41,036 nt of DNA. It comes from Solirubrobacteraceae bacterium (lineage in GTDB: Bacteria > Actinomycetota > Thermoleophilia > Solirubrobacterales > Solirubrobacteraceae). Every line of letters starts with the position of its first letter. Within the stretch, counting starts at the first letter, position 1. The notes below the pieces were generated by a model. It was not told the origin of the DNA. It saw only the letters and a list, made by a program, of their open reading frames with translations, and ran no database searches. The position numbers were made by a program, and so were the translations under genes. Of this stretch, positions 28,575 through 36,593 are shown piece by piece. Location: contig DATMVH010000250.1 in the NCBI GenBank assembly GCA_035563395.1, positions 1-41,036 of the forward strand, given 5' to 3'.

Positions 28575-29648
28575 ATGGCCGATCACGAGCGCGAGTACGA
28601 CCCGGTTACGTCGCGGCGCGGATACTTCTGGGTGGGCATCGAGCTCGCCACGGTGCCGTACGGGACCGTGCCCCGCGGCCAGATGTACGTGGAGTGGGAG
28701 GCGCCCGTCGACGGCGGCCGCCCGTACCCGGTCGTGCTGATCCACGGCGGCGGGGGCCAGGGCCTGGACTACCTCGGCACCCCGGACGGACGGCCGGGCT
28801 GGGCCACGCAGCTCGTGCAGGAGGGGTACACGGTCTACGTCGTGGACCGGCCGGGTCACGGCCGCAGCCCGCTGCATCCCGACGCGCTCGGATCGATGGG
28901 ACCGATGCTCCCGCTCGAAGCGGCCCAGGGCTTGTTCGCGTCGCCGAAGGAGGGCGAGGGGTCGCATCCGCTGGCGCGTCTGCAGACGCAGTGGCCGGGG
29001 ACCGGCGGGCGCGACGATCCCGCGCTCCTGCAGCAAGCCGCCTCGTCGGGACCGATGATGGCCGACTTCGCCCGGGCGCATGCGTTCGAGCAGCGCGCGG
29101 GCGCGGAGCTGCTCGACCGGATCGGGCCCGCCATCGTCGTCACCTCGTCGGCCGGCGGGCCGACGGGATGGCTGATGGCCGACGCGCGGCCCGAGCAGGT
29201 CAAGGCGCTGGTCGCGCTCGAGACGATCGGCCCGCCGTTCGCCGACCTGCCGCTGCTCGGTGTCTCGCTCGTCTGGGGCCTCACCGCCGCCCCGATCACC
29301 TACGACCCGCCCGCGGCGGATCCCTCCGAGCTGCAGCTGGTGGAACGGCCCTCGCCGGTGCCGGGCGGGCCGCCGCTGATGCTTCAGGCGGAACCGGCGC
29401 GCCGGCTGCCGAACCTCAGCCGCATCCCGATCGCGTACGTGTCCGCCGAGGCGTCGCTGTTTCGCAGTTTCGACGCGCACACGGTCGAGTTCCTGCGGCA
29501 GGCCGGCTGCGACGCGGAGCTCGTCCGGCTGGAGGACCACGGCGTGCGCGGCAACGGCCACGGGATGATGGTCGAGCGCAACAACCGGGAGGTGCTCGGC
29601 GTCGTCCTCGACTGGCTGGAGCGCAGGGTGCCGGCCGCCGGCGCTTGA
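28575..29648 (+). CDS. alpha/beta-fold hydrolase
   Basis: 357 aa. N-terminal RRGYFWVG...GQMYVEWEAP, VVLIHGGGGQG, nucleophile-elbow-like VTSSAGG and C-terminal GNGHGMM. Confidence 0.8.
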   Translation: MADHEREYDPVTSRRGYFWVGIELATVPYGTVPRGQMYVEWEAPVDGGRPYPVVLIHGGGGQGLDYLGTPDGRPGWATQLVQEGYTVYVVDRPGHGRSPLHPDALGSMGPMLPLEAAQGLFASPKEGEGSHPLARLQTQWPGTGGRDDPALLQQAASSGPMMADFARAHAFEQRAGAELLDRIGPAIVVTSSAGGPTGWLMADARPEQVKALVALETIGPPFADLPLLGVSLVWGLTAAPITYDPPAADPSELQLVERPSPVPGGPPLMLQAEPARRLPNLSRIPIAYVSAEASLFRSFDAHTVEFLRQAGCDAELVRLEDHGVRGNGHGMMVERNNREVLGVVLDWLERRVPAAGA

Positions 29649-29669
29649 GCACCGTCGCGCGGGTGCCGC

Positions 29670-30788
29670 TCAGCGCGTCGCGGAGACGCCGTTCGAGGCC
29701 CGCGCGGCCACCGCCGCGCCCCGGCGGGCGCCGTCGAGGATGCGGCGGACATCGTCCGCCGAGACCGGGCGCGGATTGTCGGCGGGGATCTTCTCGGCGA
29801 CGACGGCCACCGCCTCGTCGAAGTCCTCGTCGCGCAGGCCGATGTCGTGCAGCCCGTGCGGCGCCCCCACCGCCCGGCCGAGGCGCTGGAGCCCGCTCGC
29901 GGCGCCGTCGGTGCCCCACGGGCCGAGCGCGGCGGCGACGCGCCGGGCGATGCCCGGGATCGCCGGCTCGTTGAACGCCATGACGTACGGCAGCACGATC
30001 GTGTGCATCTCCGCGTGCGGAAGATCGAATGCCCCGCCCAGCGCGTGGCAGACTTTGTGGTGCAGCCCCGAGCCGGCGCTCGCGAAGGCGGCGCCCGCGA
30101 GGTAGGCGCCGTAGAGGGTGAGGCTGCGGGCGTCGAGGTCGTCGCCGCGCTCGACCGCCGCCGGGGCGCCGGCGGCGAGCGCCCGGATGCCCTCCTCGGC
30201 CATCAGCGAGCACACCGGGTTCGCCCTGGGCGCGTAGAACGCCTCTACGCAGTGGGCGACGGCGTTCATGGCGCTCGGTCCGGTGATCGACGCGGGCAGG
30301 CCGACCGTCAGGACCGGGTCGTACACCACCACCCTGGGCAGCACAGCGGCGTCGATCCCCGTCGTCTTGCGCCGGCCCTCGGTCATCCCCCACACCGGGG
30401 TGACCTCGGACCCGGCGTACGTGGTCGGAACGGCGACGATCGGCAGGCGGGACTCGAGCGCCACCGCCTTCGCCGTGCCCGTCGTCGAGCCGCCTCCGAT
30501 GCACAGCAAGGCGTCCGCGGCGGCCTCCCGGGCGGCGGCGCGGGCGCGCTGCGCCACCTCGACGGGGACGTGCGGCCGCACCTCGGTGAAGACGCCGGCG
30601 ACGCGATCGCCCAGCGGCGCGCAGAGAGGCTCCGCGAGCGGCCGCTCCGGCTCACCGAAGATGGCGAGGACGCGCCGCGCCCCGAGGTCATCGAGCACGC
30701 CCGCGAGCCGGTCGCGGGCGGCGTTCGGAGCGAACACGACGCGCCCCGGCAGGGCGTCGTAGGTGAACGGGTCGGGCGTCGTCGTCAT
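29670..30788 (-). CDS. maleylacetate reductase (iron-containing alcohol dehydrogenase family)
   Basis: ATG 30788, 372 aa. Motifs LLCIGGGSTTGTAKA and PTTYAGSE plus a His cluster (AVAHCVEAF, GLHHKVCH) typical of maleylacetate reductases. Confidence 0.85.
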   Translation of the reverse strand: MTTTPDPFTYDALPGRVVFAPNAARDRLAGVLDDLGARRVLAIFGEPERPLAEPLCAPLGDRVAGVFTEVRPHVPVEVAQRARAAAREAAADALLCIGGGSTTGTAKAVALESRLPIVAVPTTYAGSEVTPVWGMTEGRRKTTGIDAAVLPRVVVYDPVLTVGLPASITGPSAMNAVAHCVEAFYAPRANPVCSLMAEEGIRALAAGAPAAVERGDDLDARSLTLYGAYLAGAAFASAGSGLHHKVCHALGGAFDLPHAEMHTIVLPYVMAFNEPAIPGIARRVAAALGPWGTDGAASGLQRLGRAVGAPHGLHDIGLRDEDFDEAVAVVAEKIPADNPRPVSADDVRRILDGARRGAAVAARASNGVSATR

Positions 30789-30947
30789 GGCCGCGGCATC
30801 GGAGCCTCGCAGGTCACGCTCGTTGCATCGGCGCGCCCCCGAGCGGGTACGGCGCGTACACACGTGATCGTATCGAGCGACGCGGAGACCGCCCCGGGCG
30901 GCGGGGTCCGCTCGGGGATCGCGGCTGACGGAAAGGAGAGGAGAACG

Positions 30948-31973
30948 TTGGCAGGCAAGGGCACGATCCGGGGAAGCCATCACCTGACGTACTGCACGGG
31001 TGGAGCGCAGGAGGACTACGACTTCCACGTCAGGGTTCTCGGCCTGAAGAGCATCAAGAAGACCGTCCTCTTCGACGGCGAGCTGCCGATCTACCATCTC
31101 TACTACGCCAACAAGCTGGAGAGCGGCGGCTTCAGCACCGTCCTCACGAGCTTCCCGTACCGCCAGCAGGGCTGGAAGGGCAAGCGGGGAACGAACCAGA
31201 CGCGTCAGCTCAACCTCGCCGTCCCGGTCGACTCGATCGGCTATTGGGCGGACCGGCTGCGCTCCCACAACGTCGAGGTCGAGGAGACGGAGCTGTTCGG
31301 GACGCAGCGGCTGGTCTTCCACGAGCCGTCCGGCATCTCGTTCGCCCTCGTCGGCGCGCAGGGACCCGCGGTCGCCGAGAGCGGCGGCGACGTGCCGGCG
31401 GAGCACGCGATCCACGGCGCCTGGGGCACGACGATCGCGCTGATGGATCCCGAGCCGATGGACTACTTCCTGACGAAGGCGTTCGGCGGGCGCAAGCTCG
31501 GCTCCGAGGGTCGGCATCACCAGTACGAGATCGGAACGGACGAGGGCGCGGGACGCCGGATCGAGCTGCTCGAGGAGAGCGGGCCACAGGGCAGCTGGTG
31601 GTTCGGCGAGGGCACCATCCACCACCACGCCTTCGACGTGATCTCCGCCGACAATCAGGCGGTGGTCAAGGACTGGATCGTCGGCCTGGGCTTCACCGAC
31701 GTCTCCGACGTCAAGGACCGCGGGTACTTCTTCTCGGTCTACCTGCGAACGCCGAGCGGCGCGCTCTTCGAGCTGGCGTACTCGACGCCACAGGGGTTCC
31801 TGATCGACGAGTCGGAGGACGAGCTCGGCACGCACATGTGCATCCCGCCGCACTGGGAGCACCGCCGGGACGAGATCGCCCAGCTCGAGCCGATCAACAC
31901 CGACGAGGCCATGGTCGGGGTGACGGCGTCCGACGCCGCGCCGGAGACGCGGGGCGGCCAGGACCAGCACTAG
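30948..31973 (+). CDS. VOC-family ring-cleaving (extradiol/hydroquinone-type) dioxygenase, MhqO/MhqE-like
   Basis: TTG 30948 lies 4 nt after GGAGAGGAG. 341 aa beginning GSHHLTYCTGGAQEDYDFHVRVLGL, with a second VOC repeat containing GTIHHHAF. Confidence 0.8.
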   Translation: MAGKGTIRGSHHLTYCTGGAQEDYDFHVRVLGLKSIKKTVLFDGELPIYHLYYANKLESGGFSTVLTSFPYRQQGWKGKRGTNQTRQLNLAVPVDSIGYWADRLRSHNVEVEETELFGTQRLVFHEPSGISFALVGAQGPAVAESGGDVPAEHAIHGAWGTTIALMDPEPMDYFLTKAFGGRKLGSEGRHHQYEIGTDEGAGRRIELLEESGPQGSWWFGEGTIHHHAFDVISADNQAVVKDWIVGLGFTDVSDVKDRGYFFSVYLRTPSGALFELAYSTPQGFLIDESEDELGTHMCIPPHWEHRRDEIAQLEPINTDEAMVGVTASDAAPETRGGQDQH

Positions 31974-32013
31974 CCAGCAGCGGGGGCGCCGGCGCGGCGC
32001 CCCCCGTCCCGGC

Positions 32014-32670
32014 ATGACCGGCAACCCGCACCTGGCCGCGCCGCCCGTCCTGGCGGGCGCGCCGCTCGAGAGCGCCGCCGCGGCGGCCGTGCTGGCGCAC
32101 GGGCGCGGCCACGGCGCCGAAGAGATCCTCGCGCTGGTGGAGCGCCTGGCGCTCTCCGACGTCGCCTACGTCATCCCGCTGGCGGCGGAGCGCTCGTGGT
32201 ATCCCGAGCGCTTCATCGAGCCGGTGCGCGCCAACGAGCCCCGGCTGGGCCAGGCGCTGGAGGCGTACGAGGCGGCGGTCCAGCACGCGCTCGGGGCAGG
32301 TGTGCCGCTGGAACGGCTCGTGGTCGGCGGGTTCTCGCAGGGCGCCTGCCTGACCGCCGAGCTCGTCGCCCGCCGCCCGCGGCGCTACGGCGGGGTGGCG
32401 CTGCTCACCGGCGGCCTCATCGGCACGGACGACGAGCTCACGACGCCGGCGGGGCGCCTCGACGGCGTGCCGGTGCTCGCCGCCACGAGCAGCCGCGACT
32501 CGTGGGTTCCGCTGGCCCGCGTGCACGAGACCGTGCGGATCCTCCGGGCGGCGGGCGCGGACGTCACCGTCTCCGTCGAGGACGATCCGGAGCACCACGT
32601 CAGCGACCGCGCGCTGGAGGCGACCCGCACGCTCATCGCGCACGTGGCCTCCACACCCGTGCGCCCGTAG
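32014..32670 (+). CDS. phospholipase/carboxylesterase-family hydrolase (MhqD-like)
   Basis: 218 aa. Nucleophile motif GGFSQGA and acid/His region (SRDSWVP, PEHHV). Confidence 0.8.
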   Translation: MTGNPHLAAPPVLAGAPLESAAAAAVLAHGRGHGAEEILALVERLALSDVAYVIPLAAERSWYPERFIEPVRANEPRLGQALEAYEAAVQHALGAGVPLERLVVGGFSQGACLTAELVARRPRRYGGVALLTGGLIGTDDELTTPAGRLDGVPVLAATSSRDSWVPLARVHETVRILRAAGADVTVSVEDDPEHHVSDRALEATRTLIAHVASTPVRP

Positions 32671-32682
32671 CGCGCCGGCCGC

Positions 32683-33843
32683 TCAGAACGTCAGCGGCAG
32701 GCCGAGGTGCACGCGGCCCGCGGACGTCGCGGTGACCTCGTACTGCGCGCCGATGTGCGTCCGGTACATCGAGACGTCGCGGTAGTAGCGCTGGAGCCGC
32801 GACCCCCGCCTCGCCGCCGAGCTGCCGCCGGTGGCGAACATGAGGTCGACCGCCCGCCACGCGAGCTCCGCGGCCTGCAGCAGCACGCCGCGCAGCTGCG
32901 CGTCGTCGTCGACGGTGAAGTCGTCGCTCCCCGCCGCCCAGGCGTGCGCCTTGCGCATCCAGCGCTCCATGGTTCCGATGACGAGCACGTGCGCCGCCTG
33001 CGCGCGGGCCATCGCCTCGCCGTACCAGCGCTGGAAGTCGACGGACTCCGTGCGCGGGACGCGCGGCGGGAAGCTCGTCAGCTTCGTCCGCATCATCGTC
33101 TCGTACTCGTCGAGCGCCGCCAGTGCGGCGCCCACCTGCGGCGCCACCAGCTCGGCGATGTAGAAGGCCACGGTCCTCCCGACGTACAGCGGATTGCCGT
33201 GCAGCGCGTACCCCGGCGTGCCCTCCGGCCGGAGCACGAAGTCCTTCCAGGTGTACGGCTCGGCGAGGTGCGAGGGGACGAAGACGTCCTCGACCGTCAC
33301 GCTGTTCGATCCAGAGGCGTTGAGCCCGAGCGTTGCCCCGCCGCCCCAGTCGTCGATCACCGTGTACCGGCCGCGCGGGATGACGCACACCATCGGCACG
33401 GGGCGAGCGCTCCCGTCGGGGTTGGGCGCCATCGCCGTGGCGAGGAAGTGCGTGGCGTGCGTGATGCCCGAGCAGTAGTCCCAGGTGCCGCTCACCACGT
33501 AGCCGTTCCCGGCCGGCCGGGCGTGGCCGGTCGCGGCGGCGCGATGAGGCGCGCAGAAATGGCCGTCGCCGAAGATCTCCGCCTGCGCGCGCTCGCTGAA
33601 GAACGACGCCACGTGGAACGCATGGCCGGCGGCCAGGCACATTCCCCAGGCCGTGCCCGGATCGCCGCGGGCGAGCTCGACGATGACGCGGAAGAACGTG
33701 TCCAGGCCGAACTCGTAGCCGCCGAACCTCCGCGGCTGGAGCGTGCGGTAGAAGCCGGCGCGGGTGAAGGCCTCGTGGACGGCGCGCGAGTAGCTGCCGC
33801 GTCGCTCCGCCGCCTCGGCCTGCGCCCGCAACATCGCGCGCAT
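32683..33843 (-). CDS. ACAD-fold flavin-dependent monooxygenase, oxygenase component (HsaA-like)
   Basis: 386 aa from ATG 33843. Homology-like sequence (PDLTPAELVARATG) continues 19 codons upstream to a CTG at 33900 with no canonical start between, so the true start is uncertain. Confidence 0.8.
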   Translation of the reverse strand: MRAMLRAQAEAAERRGSYSRAVHEAFTRAGFYRTLQPRRFGGYEFGLDTFFRVIVELARGDPGTAWGMCLAAGHAFHVASFFSERAQAEIFGDGHFCAPHRAAATGHARPAGNGYVVSGTWDYCSGITHATHFLATAMAPNPDGSARPVPMVCVIPRGRYTVIDDWGGGATLGLNASGSNSVTVEDVFVPSHLAEPYTWKDFVLRPEGTPGYALHGNPLYVGRTVAFYIAELVAPQVGAALAALDEYETMMRTKLTSFPPRVPRTESVDFQRWYGEAMARAQAAHVLVIGTMERWMRKAHAWAAGSDDFTVDDDAQLRGVLLQAAELAWRAVDLMFATGGSSAARRGSRLQRYYRDVSMYRTHIGAQYEVTATSAGRVHLGLPLTF

Positions 33844-33909
33844 GCCCGTCGCGCGGGCGACGAGTTCGGCGGGAGTGAGGTCCGGCTCCGGGGCGCCCAG
33901 GCCTTATAT

Positions 33910-33917
33910 TGCTAGCA
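33910..33917. promoter_or_regulatory. 8-bp perfect palindrome TGCTAGCA within an AT-rich island (candidate operator / -10 region)
   Basis: TTATATTGCTAGCA at 33904-33917 is the most AT-rich stretch I noticed in the window. It lies in the divergent gap between the oxygenase gene and the reductase-GntR gene. Confidence 0.25.
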
Positions 33918-33967
33918 GGTCGGGCCGGTCATCGTGCCCGGGCAGAGGCGAGCGGGAGACGTCAGCC

Positions 33968-35122
33968 GTGAATGCGAACCGTTCCGAGACCGCGCCACCG
34001 CGCGAGTTGACATCGCAGGCGTTCCGCGACGTCATCGGCCACTTCGCCAGCGGCGTCACGGTCATCACGACGGAGCACGACGGAAAGCCGTTCGGCACCA
34101 CGGCCAGCGCGGTCACCTCCCTGTCGCTCGAGCCGCCCATGCTGGTGATCTGCATGAACCGCTCCTCGTCGACCGGTCAGGCGGTGGCGGCCGCGGGCGG
34201 GTTCGCCGTGAACATCCTCGGCGAGGACCAGAGCGACCTCGCGATGCGGTTCGCCGGCAAGGGCGACAAGTTCGCGGGCGTCGAGATCCGCCGCGACCAC
34301 GCGTACCCCCTGCTCGCGGACGCGCTCGCCGGGCTCGTCTGCGAGGTGACCGAGCAGGTGAGCGCCGGGACGCACTACGTCTTCCTGGCCGAGGTGCACC
34401 ATGCCACGGCACAAGCGGGCGCGCCGCTCGCGTACTTCCGTGGCCAGTTCGGGCGCCTCGAGCTGGCTCAGGACGAGATCATCTACCAGGAGCTCAGGGG
34501 CCGGGTCTTCGCCCATGACATCGAGGTCGGCACGCGGCTCGACGCCGCCGAGGTCGCGGCTTCGCTCGACGTGCCCCGCGGGCCCGTCTACCACGCGCTC
34601 TCGAAGCTGGCCAGCGACGGTCTGGTGACGCGGGAGCCCGACGGGACGTTCGTCGCCCGCCCGATCACGATGCGGACGATCGAGGACGTCTACCACGCGC
34701 GGCGTGCCATCGAGCTCGGCGTCGCCGACCTCACCGTCGGGCGCGTCTCGCAGGAGGCGGTCGCCGAGCTCCGGCGCCTGATGGAGGAGACCGCGCCGCT
34801 GATCGCGGGCGGACGGTTCACCGACGTCGAGCGATGGGCGGCGACGAACATGGCGTTCCACGACTACATGGTCGGACTGGCCGGATCGGACGCGCTGCTG
34901 CAGGCCTACCGGCGCCTCGGGCTCGTCGGCATGGACATGCGCGCCTTGAACGTCCAGGATGCGGCCGACGAGATCCTCATCGAGGACCACCGACGGCTCG
35001 TGGAGGCCTACGAGACCGGGGACGTGGAGCTCGCGCGCACGGTCATCGACCAGCACCTCGGGCGTCCGCACGAGATCCGCGCCAAGGCGTCGGCGGAGGC
35101 GGCCTCGGACGGAGACCGCTGA
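33968..35122 (+). CDS. fusion protein: flavin reductase domain + GntR-family (FadR/FCD-type) transcription regulator
   Basis: A single uninterrupted 384-aa frame from GTG 33968. Residues ~15-165 are flavin-reductase-like (FRDVIGHFASGVTVITT ... THYVFLAEV ... PLAYFRGQF). Residues ~170-232 form a GntR winged HTH (LDAAEVAASLDVPRGPVYHALSKLASDGLV). The remainder is an FCD-like helical domain. Confidence 0.8.
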   Translation: MNANRSETAPPRELTSQAFRDVIGHFASGVTVITTEHDGKPFGTTASAVTSLSLEPPMLVICMNRSSSTGQAVAAAGGFAVNILGEDQSDLAMRFAGKGDKFAGVEIRRDHAYPLLADALAGLVCEVTEQVSAGTHYVFLAEVHHATAQAGAPLAYFRGQFGRLELAQDEIIYQELRGRVFAHDIEVGTRLDAAEVAASLDVPRGPVYHALSKLASDGLVTREPDGTFVARPITMRTIEDVYHARRAIELGVADLTVGRVSQEAVAELRRLMEETAPLIAGGRFTDVERWAATNMAFHDYMVGLAGSDALLQAYRRLGLVGMDMRALNVQDAADEILIEDHRRLVEAYETGDVELARTVIDQHLGRPHEIRAKASAEAASDGDR

Positions 35123-35161
35123 GCGGCCTCCGGTCGGCCGCCGGCCGGCGGCTGGGGGAGC

Positions 35162-35700
35162 CCCGCACGGTCCCGAGCTCCACCAGGTCCTGGGGACGCA
35201 GGCGCAGCCGGTTCGCGACGGCCGCCGCCTCGGACGGCGGCTGCTCGAGGATGGCGGTGGCCGCCTCCGGCGTGATCACGGAGAAGTAGCCGTCCGGGGT
35301 GATCCACGCGATCCGCCGGAGGAGCGAGCGCATGCCCTCCCGCATGCGTGAGCCGCCGGACGCGACGAGCGTCACGATCGGGCGTCGCGCCTCGCGGGCG
35401 CGCGGGAAGGCCGGGCGATCGTCTCGCGAGTGGCGTCGCCCGTCGAGCCGCCGATGAAGCGGGAGCCGAACGCCACGAGCTCGGCCTCGACGCCCCCGAG
35501 GCGACCGTGCCCGCAGACGACGGACTCCGGCTCCCCGGCGCGCCGCTGCGCGCGCTTGCGTCGATCCGCGTAGCCCGGCCGGCCGAGGGGGTCCGTCGAA
35601 CACCACGTCGGGGTCGGCCTCGGTGAAGTCCGCGGTGATCGCCTCAGCATGGCGCGCGCTCCGGCCGGCGGCGTCGGCGGGGCTGCGGCGGACTCCATGG
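35162..35700 (-). pseudogene. remnant of an acetyl-CoA carboxylase-type carboxyltransferase (AccD/AccA-like), frameshifted and internally deleted
   Basis: Carboxyltransferase-like pieces lie in different frames. They are AITADFTEADPDVVFDGP, then GRPGYADRRKRAQRRAGEPESVVCGHGRLGGVEAELVAFGSRFIGGSTGDATRETIAR, then RPIVTLVASGGSRMREGMRSL followed directly by YFSVITPEAATAILEQPPSEAAAVANRLRLRPQDLVELG (AccA-like). No N-terminal region is present, and roughly 300 aa are missing internally. Confidence 0.55.
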
Positions 35701-35712
35701 CGACGTCCCGGG

Positions 35713-36522
35713 CTACCCGAGCACCGCCGCGGGAGGCCGGCCGGCGGCGCGCAGCTCGTCGGCCAGCTCGGCGCCGGTCACGATCCGCGCGATGCCATCG
35801 TCGGCGAGCCGCCGCAGTCGCCGCAGGATCCGCGCGTGTGCTTCGCCGACCGGTGGATCGGCGGAGAGGAACGGGTGGAGGACGATCGTGGCGGCAGTCG
35901 GATCCGGCTCCGTGTCGATCTCGTGCCAGAAGCGCTCCTCGAACCGCTCCACGGCGAGGGGCTCGGCGGGCAGTCCGAGGCCGCGTCGAAGCTCGCGGAA
36001 CGGCGCATACAGGTACGTCGCGTCGACGAGCTCCCAGCGGAAGGGCACCTGCGCCATGCCGCGCTCGTCGATGCCGGCGCGGCGGCCCAGCGGCGAGCAC
36101 CAGTCGAAGCCGGACCGGCGGAGCTCGTCCCCCCGCCGCGCGGTCAGCGCGCCGCCGGGAGGCCGGAAGCCCCGCACGGCCACGCCGAGCTCACCGAACG
36201 CCGCCACGCCGCGCTCGACGAGCTCGCGCTCGCGGTCGGCGCCCAGTTCCCCCCACGGCTCGTGGCGCCACGCGTGGAAGCCGACCTCGTGCCCCCGGCC
36301 GGCGATGGAGCGGACCGCGTCCGGATAGTCGATCGTGTTGACGGCCTCGACGAAGAACGTCCCTCGCAGTCCGAGCTCGTCGAGGAGGTCCAGCAGGCGC
36401 GGCAGCGCGGTCACGACCGACGGGTGCTCGCCGCGCGGCCGGCCGGCCGGCCACGCTCCCTGCTCGAGCTCCGCGGCCTCGCCGAGGTTGTCGAAGGTGA
36501 GCACGACGGTCCGCGGCGTCAT
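35713..36522 (-). CDS. polysaccharide deacetylase (NodB-homology domain)
   Basis: 269 aa. Motifs VLTFDN-like TFDNLGEA, HEVGFHAWRHE, and RGFRPPGG. Confidence 0.85.
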   Translation of the reverse strand: MTPRTVVLTFDNLGEAAELEQGAWPAGRPRGEHPSVVTALPRLLDLLDELGLRGTFFVEAVNTIDYPDAVRSIAGRGHEVGFHAWRHEPWGELGADRERELVERGVAAFGELGVAVRGFRPPGGALTARRGDELRRSGFDWCSPLGRRAGIDERGMAQVPFRWELVDATYLYAPFRELRRGLGLPAEPLAVERFEERFWHEIDTEPDPTAATIVLHPFLSADPPVGEAHARILRRLRRLADDGIARIVTGAELADELRAAGRPPAAVLG

Positions 36523-36593
36523 CGCCGGCCGTCGCCGTCATGGCCGTGGTCCGCTGGGAGGCTGGCCGGCACAGCGGACTAGTATGCCCGCGC

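Noticed and set aside
28364-28576. An N-terminal 71-aa extension of the zinc-ribbon ORF, giving the 144-aa version that starts at 28576.
   Set aside because: Its start codon would overlap the divergent hydrolase start. The first codons have poor GC3, the extension is low-complexity (Pro/Ala/Gly/Arg), and a well-placed Shine-Dalgarno precedes the internal GTG. It is kept as an alternative in the findings.
29649-29669. A short inverted repeat GCACC-N8-GGTGC between the convergent hydrolase and maleylacetate reductase stops, as a possible terminator.
   Set aside because: A 5-bp stem with an 8-nt loop is too weak to call, and the gap is only 21 nt.
30861-30866. A CACGTG palindrome in the divergent promoter between maleylacetate reductase and the VOC dioxygenase.
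   Set aside because: A 6-bp palindrome is expected by chance. The flanks (TACACACGTGATCGTA) do not extend the symmetry.
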